Shown: positions 12,432-24,802, numbered from the stretch's first letter. The stretch: DNA of 64,000 nucleotides from an uncultured Gemmatimonadales bacterium (GCA_963720365.1 CAVRFK010000004.1:196236-260235), one strand, 5' to 3'. Made by a program: numbers and translations. The notes: generated by a model not told the origin, from the letters alone.

Positions 12432-13129
12432 CGAACCGCCGCGCCGTCGTCCTGCTGAGCGGCGGGATGGACTCCGCCACGACGACCGCCGTGGCTCGCG
12501 ACGAGGGATTCGAGGTCTGCGCCCTCAGCTTCCGCTACGGCCAGCGCCACGCGCCGGAGCTCGACGCCGCCCGCCGCGTCGCCGAGCACCTCGGCGTCCG
12601 CCGGCACGTGGTGCTCGACATCGATCTGCGGGCATTCGGCGGCTCCGCCCTCACGAGCGACGTCGCGGTCCCGAAGGACACGCCGCTGGAGGAGATCGGC
12701 ACCACCATCCCGGCCACCTACGTCCCCGCGCGCAACACGATCTTTCTGTCGTTCGCCCTGGGCTGGGCCGAGACCCTCGGCGCGTCGGACATCTTCATCG
12801 GCGCGAACGCGCTGGACTACAGCGGCTACCCCGACTGCCGGCCCGAATACATCGAGGCCTTCGAGCGCATGGCGAACCTCGCCACCCGCGCCGGCGTCGA
12901 GGGGCAGCGTCTCCAGATCCACACCCCGCTGATCCAGCTCTCCAAGGCCGAGATCATCCACCTGGGCCGGCGCCTGGGCGTGGACTTCGCGATCACCTGG
13001 AGCTGCTACGACCCTTCGCCGGACGGCAAGGCCTGCGGCCGCTGTGATGCATGCATTCTTCGACGGAAAGGCTTCCGGGAAGCTGGGGTCGAAGATCCGA
13101 CGATCTATTCGGGCGCTTTGTCATCCTGA
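12428..13129 (+). CDS. queC: 7-cyano-7-deazaguanine synthase
   Basis: SGGMDS, YGQRH, TYVPARN, YPDCR, TWSCY..CGRCDAC. Confidence 0.97.
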   Translation: MTNRRAVVLLSGGMDSATTTAVARDEGFEVCALSFRYGQRHAPELDAARRVAEHLGVRRHVVLDIDLRAFGGSALTSDVAVPKDTPLEEIGTTIPATYVPARNTIFLSFALGWAETLGASDIFIGANALDYSGYPDCRPEYIEAFERMANLATRAGVEGQRLQIHTPLIQLSKAEIIHLGRRLGVDFAITWSCYDPSPDGKACGRCDACILRRKGFREAGVEDPTIYSGALSS

Positions 13130-13454
13130 GCGACCAGAATGTCATCCTGAGCAGAAGCGAAGGAGCTGCAGCCGGCATAGCAGAGGATTCACCACGAAGG
13201 CACGAAGGGCAAGGAGGACACTCCAGCGCAGGGGACATCACCTCATTCCGCGTCGAGCGGAGTTCCGATCAAGTTTTTTTGGTGGTGACGGTAGCGACGC
13301 TCCACACACCCACAAAAACATTTGCCCCGATAGCCCGCCCGACGCGGAATGAGATGATGCTCCCCGTCCAAGGAGCCCCTCCTACCCCTTCGTGCCTTCG
13401 TGGTGAATCCTCTCCCAAGCCGGCCACCGCTCCTTCGCTCCGCTCAGGATGACA
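13119..13454. repeat. Four-layer nested palindromic element
   Basis: TGTCATCCTGAGC arms enclose CACCACGAAGGCACGAAGGG arms, then CTCATTCCGCGTCG arms, then TTTTTGGTGG/CCACAAAAA arms. Confidence 0.9.
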
Positions 13455-13495
13455 CACACCGCTCCGGATCCCACGCAGCGAGCTATTTTCCCCCC

Positions 13496-14134
13496 ATGCC
13501 CTACGCCGTCAAAGAGATCTTCTACACCCTGCAAGGCGAAGGCGCCAACACCGGCCGCCCGGCGGTGTTCTGCCGCTTCGCCGGGTGTAATCTCTGGACC
13601 GGCCGCGAAGCCGACCGCGAGGACGCCACCTGCCGGTTCTGCGACACCGACTTCGTCGGCACCGACGGCCCCGGCGGCGGCAAGTTCGCCGACCCGCCGG
13701 CGCTCGCGCGGGCCGTGGCCGCAACCTGGCCCCCCGACGCCCCGGACGGCACCCGCTTCGTCGTCTGCACCGGCGGCGAGCCGCTGCTGCAGCTCGATGC
13801 CCCGCTCCTCGACGCGCTGCACGCCGAGGGGTTCGACGTGGCGGTGGAGACCAACGGCACCCTGCCGCCGCCGCCCGGCATCGATTGGCTCTGCGTCAGC
13901 CCCAAGGCCGGCGCCCCGTTCGTGGTGCACGAGGGCAACGAGCTGAAGCTGGTCTTCCCCCAGGAAGGCGCCGAGCCCGAGCGGTTCGAGGGCCTCGGCT
14001 TCGACCACTTCTTCCTCCAGCCGATGGACGGCCCCGCCAGGGAGGCCAACACCGCCGCCGCGCTGCGCTACTGCCTGGCCCATCCGCGCTGGCGACTGAG
14101 CCTCCAAACGCATAAGCTTCTCGGCATTCCATAG
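13496..14134 (+). CDS. queE: 7-carboxy-7-deazaguanine synthase (radical SAM, Cx14CxxC type)
   Basis: EIFYTLQGEG, RFAGCNLW...CRFCDTDF, TGGEP, ETNGT, VSPK, WRLSLQTHK. Confidence 0.96.
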   Translation: MPYAVKEIFYTLQGEGANTGRPAVFCRFAGCNLWTGREADREDATCRFCDTDFVGTDGPGGGKFADPPALARAVAATWPPDAPDGTRFVVCTGGEPLLQLDAPLLDALHAEGFDVAVETNGTLPPPPGIDWLCVSPKAGAPFVVHEGNELKLVFPQEGAEPERFEGLGFDHFFLQPMDGPAREANTAAALRYCLAHPRWRLSLQTHKLLGIP

Positions 14135-14188
14135 GCGGGCCCGCATGCCGCCCCGCTGCACCCGCGGCCCCGCTTCCCCTCGGAGTCC

Positions 14189-14806
14189 ATGCACGGATAT
14201 TCCGACCGCATCAACCACGCGTTCGCCTTCGCGGCGAAGTACTATGGCGCGGCGGCACCCGCGGAGTCCGGGGTGGACTATCTTGCCCACCCGGCCAACG
14301 TCGCCATCATCCTCGCCCGCTACGGCTGCGACCAGGTGACCATCGTGGGCGGCATTCTCCACCACGTGCTGGAGGAGGCCGGCCCCGAGAGCCGTCCCGC
14401 CTTGGAGCGGAAGATCGGGGACAAGTTCGGCCCCATCGCCCTGGCGATCGCCCGCGACGCCCTGGAGCCCAAGTGGGACCGGCGCGGCATCGAGCGCCCG
14501 TGGCAACCCTGCAAGCAGGAATACCTGAGCCAGATCGCCGGGGCCGACCCGAGGGCCCTGGATGTGTGCGTCGCCGACGAGTTGCACGTCTGTGGCTCCA
14601 CGATCACGCAACTCCGGCGGCTCGGGGTCGAGTACCTGCGCACGCTCTCCCGCGCGAACTCGGAGCAGACCATCTGGTGGTACCGGTCGATGCTGGAAGT
14701 GCTGGATGCCCGCTCGGACTGGCCGCGGCGGGAGATGTTGTCCGAGCTGCGGCTGATGAGCACCGACCTGGTGCGCGGCCTGCGGCTCAGTGAGGAGGAG
14801 TTGTGA
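14189..14806 (+). CDS. RelA/SpoT-type HD domain (Mesh1/small alarmone hydrolase-like) with degenerate catalytic motifs
   Basis: AFAFAA..Y, YLAHPANVA, GILHHVLEE (canonical LHDxxED), KFG, W..KQEYL, ADELH, WWY. Confidence 0.75.
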   Translation: MHGYSDRINHAFAFAAKYYGAAAPAESGVDYLAHPANVAIILARYGCDQVTIVGGILHHVLEEAGPESRPALERKIGDKFGPIALAIARDALEPKWDRRGIERPWQPCKQEYLSQIAGADPRALDVCVADELHVCGSTITQLRRLGVEYLRTLSRANSEQTIWWYRSMLEVLDARSDWPRREMLSELRLMSTDLVRGLRLSEEEL

Positions 14807-16323
14807 CGCTGAAGGCACGATGGGGACTGGGTCTGCTGCTCGCCGCGGGCACCGCCTGCTTGCCGGGCGCCAAGGCGCCGGAGCCGCTCGATCCGGTTCG
14901 CTTCCTTCTTATCAACGACGTCTACGTCGCCGACACGCTCTCCGACGGCACCGGCGGACTGGCGCGCGTAGCGACCGTGCGGACCCGCCTCGCCGACCAG
15001 GGCCCGGTCCTCTTCGTGCTGGCCGGGGACGTGCTGAGCCCGAGCCTCCTCAGCAAGTATTACGGCGGCCGGCAGATGGTGGAGGCGTTGAACGCCGCCA
15101 AGCTCGACTACGCCACCTTCGGCAACCACGAGTTCGAGCTGGACCGCGACACGCTGATCGCCCGCATCGAGCAGTCGAAATTCAAGTGGCTCTCCACCAA
15201 CTGCACCCTGGCCGACGGCACCCGGTTCCCCAAGGTCCTGCCCTGGGACACCGTGCGGGTGTCCGGCCACCTGGTGGGCCTGTTCGGCCTCACGCTCCGG
15301 GACGACTACCGGAGCTACGTGCGCTGCGGCAATCCCGACAGCGCCGCGACCGTCGCCACCGACACGCTCACCGCGCTCAAGGCGGACCTGATCGTCGGCG
15401 TCACCCACCAGAGCGTCGAGGCCGACCGCGACCTGCTCGCCCGCGAGCCCCGCATCGACCTCATCCTCGGCGGGCACGAGCACGAGGCCCACGACTCCGT
15501 CGTCTCCAACCGCCACGTGCTCAAGGCCGACGCCAACTCGCGCTCGGCCCAGTTCGCCACCCTGTGGGGCGGCAAGGGGAAGTGGCGGCAGGCCGTCGCG
15601 CTGGTGAAGATCGACTCCCGGCTCCCCGACGACACGGCCACCGCCCGCGTGGCGGAGGCCTGGGCCGACAGCCTGCGGAAGCGCCTCGGCCCCGAGCGCG
15701 CCGTCGGCCGGGCGGACTCGGCGATCGACGCGCGCGACGGGGTCTCCCGCCGGCGCGAGTCGCCGCTGGGCGATCTGGTGACCGACGCCATGCGGACCGG
15801 CACCGGCACCGACGTCGCCCTGCTCAACGCGGGGGCCATGCGCCTCGACGACGTGATCCCGGCCGGCCCGATCAGCAGCTACCAGCTCGAGAGCATCTTC
15901 CTCTTCGCCGACGAGACCCGGATCGTGACCTTCCCGCTCACGGGCGGGCGCCTGCGCGAAGTGCTGGAGCACTCGGTCTCCGACTCGTCGCTCGGCACCG
16001 GAGGGTTCCTGCAGGTCTCGGGAGTGGAGTTCACCTACGACCGCGGCCAGCGGTCGGGCCGCAGGTTGGTGGGCGATCCTCGCCGGCCCGGCGGGGCGGC
16101 GCTCGGGGCGTCCGACACCGTCAAAGTGGCCATGGCCACCTACCCGGCGTGTGCCGGTGGAGACGGCTACAAGATCCCGGAAGCCGCCGAGAGCTGCCGC
16201 CAGGCCGCTTCGGGCCCTCGGGCGGCCGATCTCCTGATCGCCTATCTGGCCGATTCGCTCGGCGGCAAAGTGGCGCCTCCGCCCGCCGGCCGGATCGTCG
16301 AAGCCGGTGCCAATCCCCGCTGA
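14803..16323 (+). CDS. Bifunctional metallophosphatase/5'-nucleotidase, exported
   Basis: INDVY, AGDVL, GNHEF, GGHEH, ESPLGDLVTDA, QVSG; GTGA overlap with upstream stop. Confidence 0.9.
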   Translation: MTLKARWGLGLLLAAGTACLPGAKAPEPLDPVRFLLINDVYVADTLSDGTGGLARVATVRTRLADQGPVLFVLAGDVLSPSLLSKYYGGRQMVEALNAAKLDYATFGNHEFELDRDTLIARIEQSKFKWLSTNCTLADGTRFPKVLPWDTVRVSGHLVGLFGLTLRDDYRSYVRCGNPDSAATVATDTLTALKADLIVGVTHQSVEADRDLLAREPRIDLILGGHEHEAHDSVVSNRHVLKADANSRSAQFATLWGGKGKWRQAVALVKIDSRLPDDTATARVAEAWADSLRKRLGPERAVGRADSAIDARDGVSRRRESPLGDLVTDAMRTGTGTDVALLNAGAMRLDDVIPAGPISSYQLESIFLFADETRIVTFPLTGGRLREVLEHSVSDSSLGTGGFLQVSGVEFTYDRGQRSGRRLVGDPRRPGGAALGASDTVKVAMATYPACAGGDGYKIPEAAESCRQAASGPRAADLLIAYLADSLGGKVAPPPAGRIVEAGANPR

Positions 16324-16368
16324 CCGGCGGTAGTTCCCTTGAAGTCACGCCTCCGGGTATTATAGGGG

Positions 16369-17700
<1,332 letters not shown>

Positions 17701-17703
17701 CCG

Positions 17704-18243
17704 ATGGCCCACCCCGAGTTCACCCTGCTCGGCGACGCGGTCTGGCTCGACTTCGTCAACTCGGCCCGTGGGCGCACCACCTCACCCCCCGATCTGCTTC
17801 CGGACGCCTCCGCGTTTACCCGCTGGGCCCACGCCCAGCGGCTGATCGACCTCAACGGCGGCGCTCCCCACACCGCCGTCCTCGAGCTGCGCCGCCAGCT
17901 CACCGGGCTCGCGGAGGCGCTCGACGCCGGGCGCCAGGCGCCGGCCGGCGCGATCGCGGCGATCAACCACGTCCTCGCCGGCAGCACCGGCAGCCACCAG
18001 CTCACCCGCGTGAGCGGTGAGTGGCGTCTCCAGTTCGCCCCCGCACAGCCGCTGGCCCCGCTGGAAGCGATCGCCCGCTCGGCCGCGCTCACGCTGGCCG
18101 ATCCGAAGACGACCGTCCGCCGCTGCACCGGCGAGACCTGCTCCCTGTTCTTCGCCGATTCCTCGCCCAACCGCAGCCGCCTCTGGTGCGCCACCACGTG
18201 CGCCAACCAGCGCATCGACCGGCGGCGAGGCGTGCGCCGCTGA
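17704..18243 (+). CDS. ABATE / CGNR zinc-finger domain protein
   Basis: LDFVNS N-terminus; RRCTGETCSLFFADSSPNRSRLWCATTCAN zinc finger. Confidence 0.88.
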   Translation: MAHPEFTLLGDAVWLDFVNSARGRTTSPPDLLPDASAFTRWAHAQRLIDLNGGAPHTAVLELRRQLTGLAEALDAGRQAPAGAIAAINHVLAGSTGSHQLTRVSGEWRLQFAPAQPLAPLEAIARSAALTLADPKTTVRRCTGETCSLFFADSSPNRSRLWCATTCANQRIDRRRGVRR

Positions 18244-19996
18244 CGGCTCCCGACCCGCGGGCGGCCTTCGACCGCACCCGGGCGGCGCTCGGGTCGCGCT
18301 ATCGCCTCGACCGCATCGTCGCCTCGTCCGCCGAGCGGGTGCTGTTCGAGGCGCACGACGAAGTCCTCAAGCGCAACGTCAGCGTCCGGATCAACTTCTA
18401 TCTCGACCAGGCGGTCCGCGCCTGGTTCATGCGCGAGTCGGAGGCGCTCGGCCGGCTGGACCATCCGGGGATCCTCCACGTCTACGACGCGGGCCAGGTG
18501 GGCGACCTCGCCTATCGGATCGGGAACTGGGTCGAGGGCGAAGCGCTGGGTGATGCGGTCGAGCGCGGGCCGCGGCCGATTCCGATGGTGCTCACGCTCG
18601 CGCGCGACCTGCTCGGCGCGCTGGAGCACGCCCATCTCAACGGGATCATCGTCCGGGCGATCTCGCCGCTCTCGGTGCTGGTGAGCGCGGGCGGCCGCGC
18701 GACCGTCACCGACCTGCGGCACTGCAACTACTGTCTCCCCGCGATCCCGCCGGGCATCGCCCCACCCGCGCAGCCCTACATGGCGCCCGAGGTGCGCGAG
18801 GGCGCCGTCGGCGATGCCGCCGCCGACATCTACACCGTCGGCGCGATCCTCTACTGCGCCGTCACCGGGCAGAACCCGGCGCTCGACCCGCGCGCAGCTT
18901 CGCCCGCCGACCGAGCTCAGGCCCACCTGTCCCCGGGTGATCGAGCGGATCGTGATGCGGGCCCTCAACCCGTCGCCCACCTCGCGCTACTTCACCGCCT
19001 CCGAGATGCTGGAGGACTTCGCCTCGGACGCCGGCAGCCACGCGGTCGCGCCCGCGACCGTGGGCGACGCCGCCGTGGCGCCGAACGAGGATCGCGCCCG
19101 GTGGGAGCAGCGCCTGCGGCGCGCGCTGGGCGACGACTACGAGCTGCTCGAGCTGCTCGGCACGGGCGGGTTCGGCCGGGTCTACCGGGTGCGCGATCTC
19201 CAGCTCGAGCGCCAGGTGGCGCTCAAGGTGCTGCACCCGTCGCTGACGCGCGATCCCGAAGTGGTCGAGCGCTTCCGCCGCGAGGCGCAGCTCGCGGCCA
19301 AGCTCGACCACCCGAACATCGTGAACATCTACGACATCGGCGGGCGCTCGGGCCTGATCTGGTACACCATGGAGCTGATCGACGGCCCCAGCCTGGCGCA
19401 GATGGTGGAGCGCGACGGGCCGCTGCCGCTCGACAAGCTGCTCCGCCTGCTGCGGGAGGGACTCTCCGCCCTCGCCCACGCGCACGGGTTCGGCCTCGTG
19501 CACCGGGACATCAAGCCGGAGAACCTCCTGATCGCCCGCGACGGGAGCCTGCAGATCACCGACTTCGGATTGGCGCTCGCGCTTCGGGGAAAGTTCGGTG
19601 GAGCCACCAGCCAGAGCGGGACGCCCCAGTTCGCGAGTCCCGGAGCAGCTCCTGGGCGAGCGGGTGGATCAGCGCTCGGATCTGTACAGTCTGGCCGCGG
19701 TCGCCTACTACGCGATCCTCGGGCGCCCGCCTTTCCCCGGCCTCACCCCTGAGCAAGTGCTCGCCAAACAGGCGACCAACCAGTTCCCGGTCGCGACCGA
19801 GCAGCGGGACGACGTGAGCGCGGCCCTGGAGGAGGTGCTGGACAAGGCGTTGAGCGCCGACGTGAATGCCCGCTACTCATCGGCGGCGGAGATGCTCCAG
19901 GCGGTCAACCGCGCTGCAGAATTGAGCACCCGGGAGCCCCTGGCCGACTGGGCCAAGACCGCCGCCCGGTGGCTTCGCGGTTCCCCCCTTGACTAA
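18240..19996 (+). CDS. Tandem pseudokinase + Ser/Thr kinase (frameshifts near 18895 and 19640; start uncertain)
   Basis: First fold: LDHPGILHVYD, YMAPE, ADIYTVGAILY; second fold: GTGGFG, VALK, HRDIKPEN, DFG, SDLYSL across three consecutive frames. Confidence 0.82.
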
Positions 19997-20193
19997 ACGT
20001 CGCCGGTGTACAGATTTGTCCGCGCGTGACACCCCTCTGGAGCCCTAAAGACACACATTGAGATTCTAAGACCCGGGAGTTCGGTTACGGGTCGTTCATT
20101 TTTTATGACGCAGGACGGGCCTGCGCTCATGAAAACTCGGTGTGCCGGGATCCCCGGTACCCGACGCAGTCAAACAACACTGGAGTAGGACAA

Positions 20194-20406
20194 ATGGCGC
20201 GCACCCTCGGCACGGTGAAGTGGTTCAACGACGCAAAAGGCTTTGGTTTCATCACTCCGGAGAATGGGGACAAGGATTGCTTTGTCCACCACACCGCCAT
20301 CAAGGCGGACGGCTTTCGCAGCCTCTCCGAGGGTGACCGGGTGGAGTTCGACATCGTGCAGGGTGCGAAGGGCCCCGCCGCCGAGAACGTCACTAAGGTC
20401 AAGTAA
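20194..20406 (+). CDS. cspA: Cold-shock protein
   Basis: [27 protein letters not shown]; GGAG RBS; about 200-nt upstream intergenic region. Confidence 0.95.
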   Translation: MARTLGTVKWFNDAKGFGFITPENGDKDCFVHHTAIKADGFRSLSEGDRVEFDIVQGAKGPAAENVTKVK

Positions 20407-20427
20407 GAGCTGACCGCCGAAGAACAG

Positions 20428-20457
20428 AACGGGCCGTCCGAAAGGACGGCCCGTTTT
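20428..20457. terminator. Intrinsic terminator between convergent cspA and infA
   Basis: AACGGGCCGTCC-GAAA-GGACGGCCCGTT followed by TT. Confidence 0.85.
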
Positions 20458-20494
20458 GCTTTGGGCGAAACCGACTCGGCCAGCTGGACCACGC

Positions 20495-20713
20495 TCACTT
20501 GTGGCGGTAGATGACTCTTCCTCGGGTGAGATCGTACGGCGAGAGCACCACGCTGACGCGGTCGCCTTCCAGCACCCGGATCTTGAACTTGCTCATCTTC
20601 CCGGCGGCGTACGCCAGGATCTCATGGCCGTTCTCCAGCATGACCCGGTAGTTCCGGTCGGGCAGGACCTCGGTCACGACGCCCTCCATTTCGATCCCTT
20701 CCTCTTTCGCCAT
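20495..20713 (-). CDS. infA: Translation initiation factor IF-1
   Basis: [18 protein letters not shown]...GKM...IRVLEGDRV...[15 protein letters not shown]. Confidence 0.97.
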   Translation of the reverse strand: MAKEEGIEMEGVVTEVLPDRNYRVMLENGHEILAYAAGKMSKFKIRVLEGDRVSVVLSPYDLTRGRVIYRHK

Positions 20714-20835
20714 CCACACTCTCCGCTGCGGGAACCTGCACTCACGGCTCCGGATAGTCCGGGGCCGGACGGGAGGGAATCTTGCCCCGCCCGAGCCCGG
20801 AAGCAACTTCCGGGTGCTGCCGTGGTGGAAGCATT

Positions 20836-20970
20836 GTCACCCTGAGCGCAGCGAAGGGGGCCATCTCCGCCAGAGCGGCCGGCGCGGGCGAACGGCGGGG
20901 GGCGCTCCCGACCTTTTCGCTCCAAAGGGACTACGGATCGAGCGGTGTCACCCTGAGCGAAGCGAAGGGG
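20836..20970 (+). repeat. Two direct half-copies of the TGTCA(C/T)CCTGAGCG repeat
   Basis: TGTCACCCTGAGCG(C/A)AGCGAAGGGG at 20836 and 20946. Confidence 0.8.
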
Positions 20971-21035
20971 CCAATCCCCCAGCATGGTGCCCTAACTTCG
21001 TCCGAGGAACGTGCTAGCCGTCATCGATGCCCCCG

Positions 21036-21180
21036 TGGGAGTGGCCGGCGGACGGGGAGCGGTGCGCAGGCCGCGTTAGGACGCGCAGGTCGAGGAGATT
21101 CCGGGCGCAGTTTGCCCGGGCTCCGAGCCGGAGCGTCCGTAGCGGCCAAGCACCGATCCCCGTCCGCCGGCCGCTCCCAC
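21036..21180. repeat. Hairpin element carrying a 73-bp cargo module (21072-21144)
   Basis: Module is the exact reverse complement of 39639-39711; own outer inverted arms. Confidence 0.88.
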
Positions 21181-21188
21181 CCCGCACC

Positions 21189-22899
21189 TCAACCAGGCAG
21201 CTCCGCCCGCACCCGCTCGATCTCCTCTTCCACGAGCTTCACCAGCTCCCCAATGACCTTCACGTCGAACGTCAGCTCCGCCCCCGCCGTCCGATAGATC
21301 TCCGGCAGCCCCCGCACCGCACCCAGCGCCAGCGCCCGCCGATACTGCGCGACCGCGCCCGCATGATCCCGCCGGCTGTTCCGCCAGACCTGCAGCGCCC
21401 CGATCTGCGCGATGCCGTACTCGATGTAGTAGAACGGATACTGAAAGATGTGGAGCTGGCGATACCAGCGAGCCACCCGCTCCCGCTCGAGCCCGCTCCA
21501 GTCCACCCCGCGCTCGAACCGCTGCCGGATCCTGAGCCACGCCGCGTCGCGCGCCGCCGCGTCGCCGCCGTCGCCGCTGGTGTAGATCCAGGTCTGGAAC
21601 GCGTCCACCGACGCGATGTGCACCAGGCTGAGCAGGATGTCTTCCAGGTGCTCCAGCCACGCGCTCCGGTGCTCGTCCGTGGCGAAGTAGCCCACCGGCT
21701 TCGCCAGATGCGGCCCGGCGAGCAGCTCCATGGACATCGACGCGAGCTCCGCCGCCTCCGAGCCCGGATGCCGCTGCCAGATGAGCGGCTGCGAGTGCGA
21801 CGCGAAGGCGTGGAACGCGTGTCCCGCCTCGTGCAGCAGCGTCATCACGTCGTCCACCAGCCCGACGGCGTTCATGAAGATGAACGGCCGGCCCCGGTGA
21901 TGAAGCGTCTCGCAGTAGCCGCCCGGCGCCTTGCCCTTCCGGCTGTCGAGATCGAGCAGCCGCTCGTCGATCATCGTCTGGAACTCGGTGCCCAGCGCCG
22001 GGTCCACCTTGCCGAAGACGCCCCGCGCCCGCCCGACGAATTCCTCCGTCGTCGTGAAGGGCCGCAGCGGCGCCTGGCGATACGGGTCCACCGCCAGGTC
22101 CCAGGGCCGCAGCACGTCGAGCGAGAGCCGCTTCCGGCGTACGGCCAGCATCCGCTCGACCGCGGGCGCCGCCGTCTCCTCGATGGCGTGGTGGAACCGC
22201 TCGCAGTCGGCCGGGGTGTAGTAGAAGCGGTACTTCGCCGGGAAGATGTAGTCGCGGAAGTTGGCGAAGCCCGCGTTCCGGGCCGCCTGCTGGCGCAGGC
22301 CGTACATCCGGTCGAACAGCCCGGCGAGATCGTCGTGCTTGTCGATGTAGGGAGACGCGGCGGCCCGGAAGGCGCGCTCGCGGACCGCGCGGTCGGCGCT
22401 CTTGAGGAACGGCTGGAGCTGGGGCAGCGGACGCTCCTGCCCCTCCCACTCCACCATCATCGAGCCCGGTGATCCGCTGGTACCGCGCGCTCAGCTCTTC
22501 CAGCTCGGAGAAGATCGCGACGTTGGCTTCGCGGAAGATCTCGATCGAGGTGCGGAAGCGGGCCAGCGTGGTCTCCATCGCCGGCGTGTTGAAGCCCGAC
22601 TCCACCAGGCGGCGCGCCAGCTCGACGCTGCGCTCCTCCATCCGGGGCAGGACCTCGGTGGAGAAGCGAAGGTGGTCGGCTTCCTTCTCGGAATCGGAGG
22701 TATCGATGGTGTAGGCGATCATCGCCACGGCCGACGCCTCGGTCACCAGCTCTTCCAGCCGGGACCAGGCGTGGAGCCAGCTCTCGACCGTCGCCTCGTC
22801 GAGCGGCCGCTCGGCGAGGTCGTCGAAATACGGGGCGATGTCCTCCCACCGGGCTTTGGCCAGATCGCCGGGGGAGGGGGGAAGGGCCAGCACGGACAC
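21189..22899 (-). CDS. pepF: Oligoendopeptidase F (M3B), frameshift near 22463
   Basis: LRPWD, RKGKAPGGYC, HEAGHAFH, EAAELASMSME, YPFYYIEY. Confidence 0.9.
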
Positions 22900-22971
22900 G
22901 AGCACTCCGAATATGAGCGGTTTTGGCCGGGGGCGACCGAGGTCAGGAGATATAGGCGAAGAAGCGGCGGG

Positions 22972-24373
22972 TCACAATCCCGGCGGCCGGAGCCGGTGAA
23001 AATTCGTGCGCTGCTGGTACCGCTGGCCGATGGAGAGCAGGGTGTGCTCGCCGAGGGCCCGGCCGGTGAGCTGGAGACTGGTGGGGAGACCGCTCTCGCC
23101 GGTGCCGTTGATGAGGAACAGGCCGGGGACGCCGCAGAGGTTCGCCGGACCGCCGATGCTGGCGCCGCCGGGGAAGTCCGGATAGACCTTGTCGAACGCG
23201 GCATCGATCGGCCAGGCCACCGTCGGGAGCGTCGGCGCCACGATCGCGTCCACCTCGGCGAGCAGCCGGTCCAGCGCCGCGGCCGCGGGCCGGCGGAGCC
23301 GGAGCGCGCGGATGTAGTCCTTGGCGAGCACCACCTGCCCCGCATACCCGCCGATCCGGTCCTCCGGCGCCGTGAGCTGGGTGATCCGCCCGCTCTCGAA
23401 CAGCGGCTCGAACGCGCTCGCGGCCTCCGCGTCGATGATGATGGACGCCATCGCGTCGTAGGGAAAGTCGGGGAGCGTCAGGTCGTCCCGGATCTCCGCG
23501 AACTCGCGCAGCACCCGGAGCGACTCCTCGAAGTTGCGCCGCACCTCGGGCTGGGTCTTGTCCAGCGTCCCCTTGAGCACGCCGAGCCGGTACCGCTTCC
23601 GGGAGCCGGCATCGTCCGGGAACGCGAAGGGCCGGTCCATCGCCGACGGATCCGCCGCGTCGGGCCCCGCGATCGCGCCGAGCACGATGCCGCAGTCCTC
23701 CGCGCTCCGGGCCAGCGGACCGAGCTTGTCCATCGTCCAGCTCAGCGCCATCGCCCCGTGGCGGCTCACCCGGCCGTAGGTCGGCCGAAGGCCGGTCACC
23801 CCGCAGAACGCCGCCGGGTACTGGATCGACCCCCACGTCTCCGAGCCGATCGCGAACGGCACCAGTCCCGCCCCGACCGCCGAGCCCGAGCCGCTCGACG
23901 AGCCGCCGGACCAGCGCGCCGGATCCCACGGCGACCTGCCCGGGCCCCGTGAAGCTCGCGAACGCCTGGTTGTACCCCATCCCCCCGGCCAGCTCGACCA
24001 TCGCGAGCTTGGCGCACAGCACGGCGCCGGCCTCGCGGAGCCGGCGGACGACGGACGCATCGCCCTTCACCATCTGGTTGCGATACGGCTGCGCCCCCCA
24101 GGTCGTCGGCGCACCCTCGGCGGCGAGCAGGTCCTTGGCGCCGTACGGAATGCCGTGCAGCGGCCCGCGGTCCTTCCCCGACGCCAGCTCCGCGTCCCGC
24201 TGCCGCGCCTCCGCCAGCGCCGCAGCGCGCAGCACGGTGACGACCGCGTTGAACGTGGGCCCCAGGCGCTCGAGCCGGTCGAGGAAGTGCTTCGCGAGCT
24301 GCACCGCGGTGACTTCGCGGCTCCGCAGCATGCGCCCCAGCTCGGGGATGGTGAGCCAGGTCGGGTCGCTCAC
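22972..24373 (-). CDS. Amidase signature family protein, frameshift near 23940
   Basis: GPLHGIPYGAKD, GGSSSGSGSAV, GSETWGSI, GLRPTYGRVSRHG. Confidence 0.92.
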
Positions 24374-24699
24374 ACGGCGGGGCCTTCGCGGACGGCGGAG
24401 AAGACGAAGTCGGGCTCGTCGCCGTTGGCGATCGCGCCGGCCTTGCGCACCTTGTCGGCGCGCTCGAGCCCGGCCTCGATCTGGCGGGTGATGGTCGCGA
24501 GGTCCTGCTCGGAGAGACGGTCGCCGTACTGGGCGCGGATCACCCCGGCCAGCGCCTTGGCGAGTGCGGACGGATCGGCCTCGGCGGGAGTGGTGATGAA
24601 CGCGGGCAGCCGGATCGCGCCGGCGCCGCCCGGCACCATCGGAACGAGGGCGGCCAGCGCCAATGCCTCTGCGAACTCCCGGCGATTCATCTCCGACAT
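24370..24699 (-). CDS. Small protein with Tat-like motif, translationally coupled to the amidase
   Basis: MSEMNRREFAEALALAAL; C-terminal ANGDEPDFVF; GTGA overlap with amidase start. Confidence 0.7.
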   Translation of the reverse strand: MSEMNRREFAEALALAALVPMVPGGAGAIRLPAFITTPAEADPSALAKALAGVIRAQYGDRLSEQDLATITRQIEAGLERADKVRKAGAIANGDEPDFVFSAVREGPAV

Positions 24700-24721
24700 G
24701 CTATCCCTCCGACTGCGCCAT

Positions 24722-24802
24722 CTCATCTCCGAGCAAAGCGAGGATCTTCATCCCCCGTGCTCGTACCCCGGCCGGCAAGGTCCCGCGCTCCGCTCGGGAT
24801 GA
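24722..24802. repeat. Degenerate TGTCATCCCGAGC-family palindrome
   Basis: TCATCTCCGAGCAAAGCGAGGATCTT ... GCTCCGCTCGGGATGA. Confidence 0.7.

Noticed and set aside
13044-13457. ORFs containing CHPERSEG / VILSGAK / HEGTK peptides
   Set aside because: These are translations of the palindromic repeats, not genes.
13130-13495. preQ1 riboswitch near the que genes
   Set aside because: queF and queC have essentially no leader, and the queC-queE gap is filled by a repeat that recurs in an unrelated operon.
18240-18243. CTG start overlapping the upstream TGA for the tandem kinase
   Set aside because: Plausible but cannot be told apart from a sequencing error; used only as an approximate boundary.
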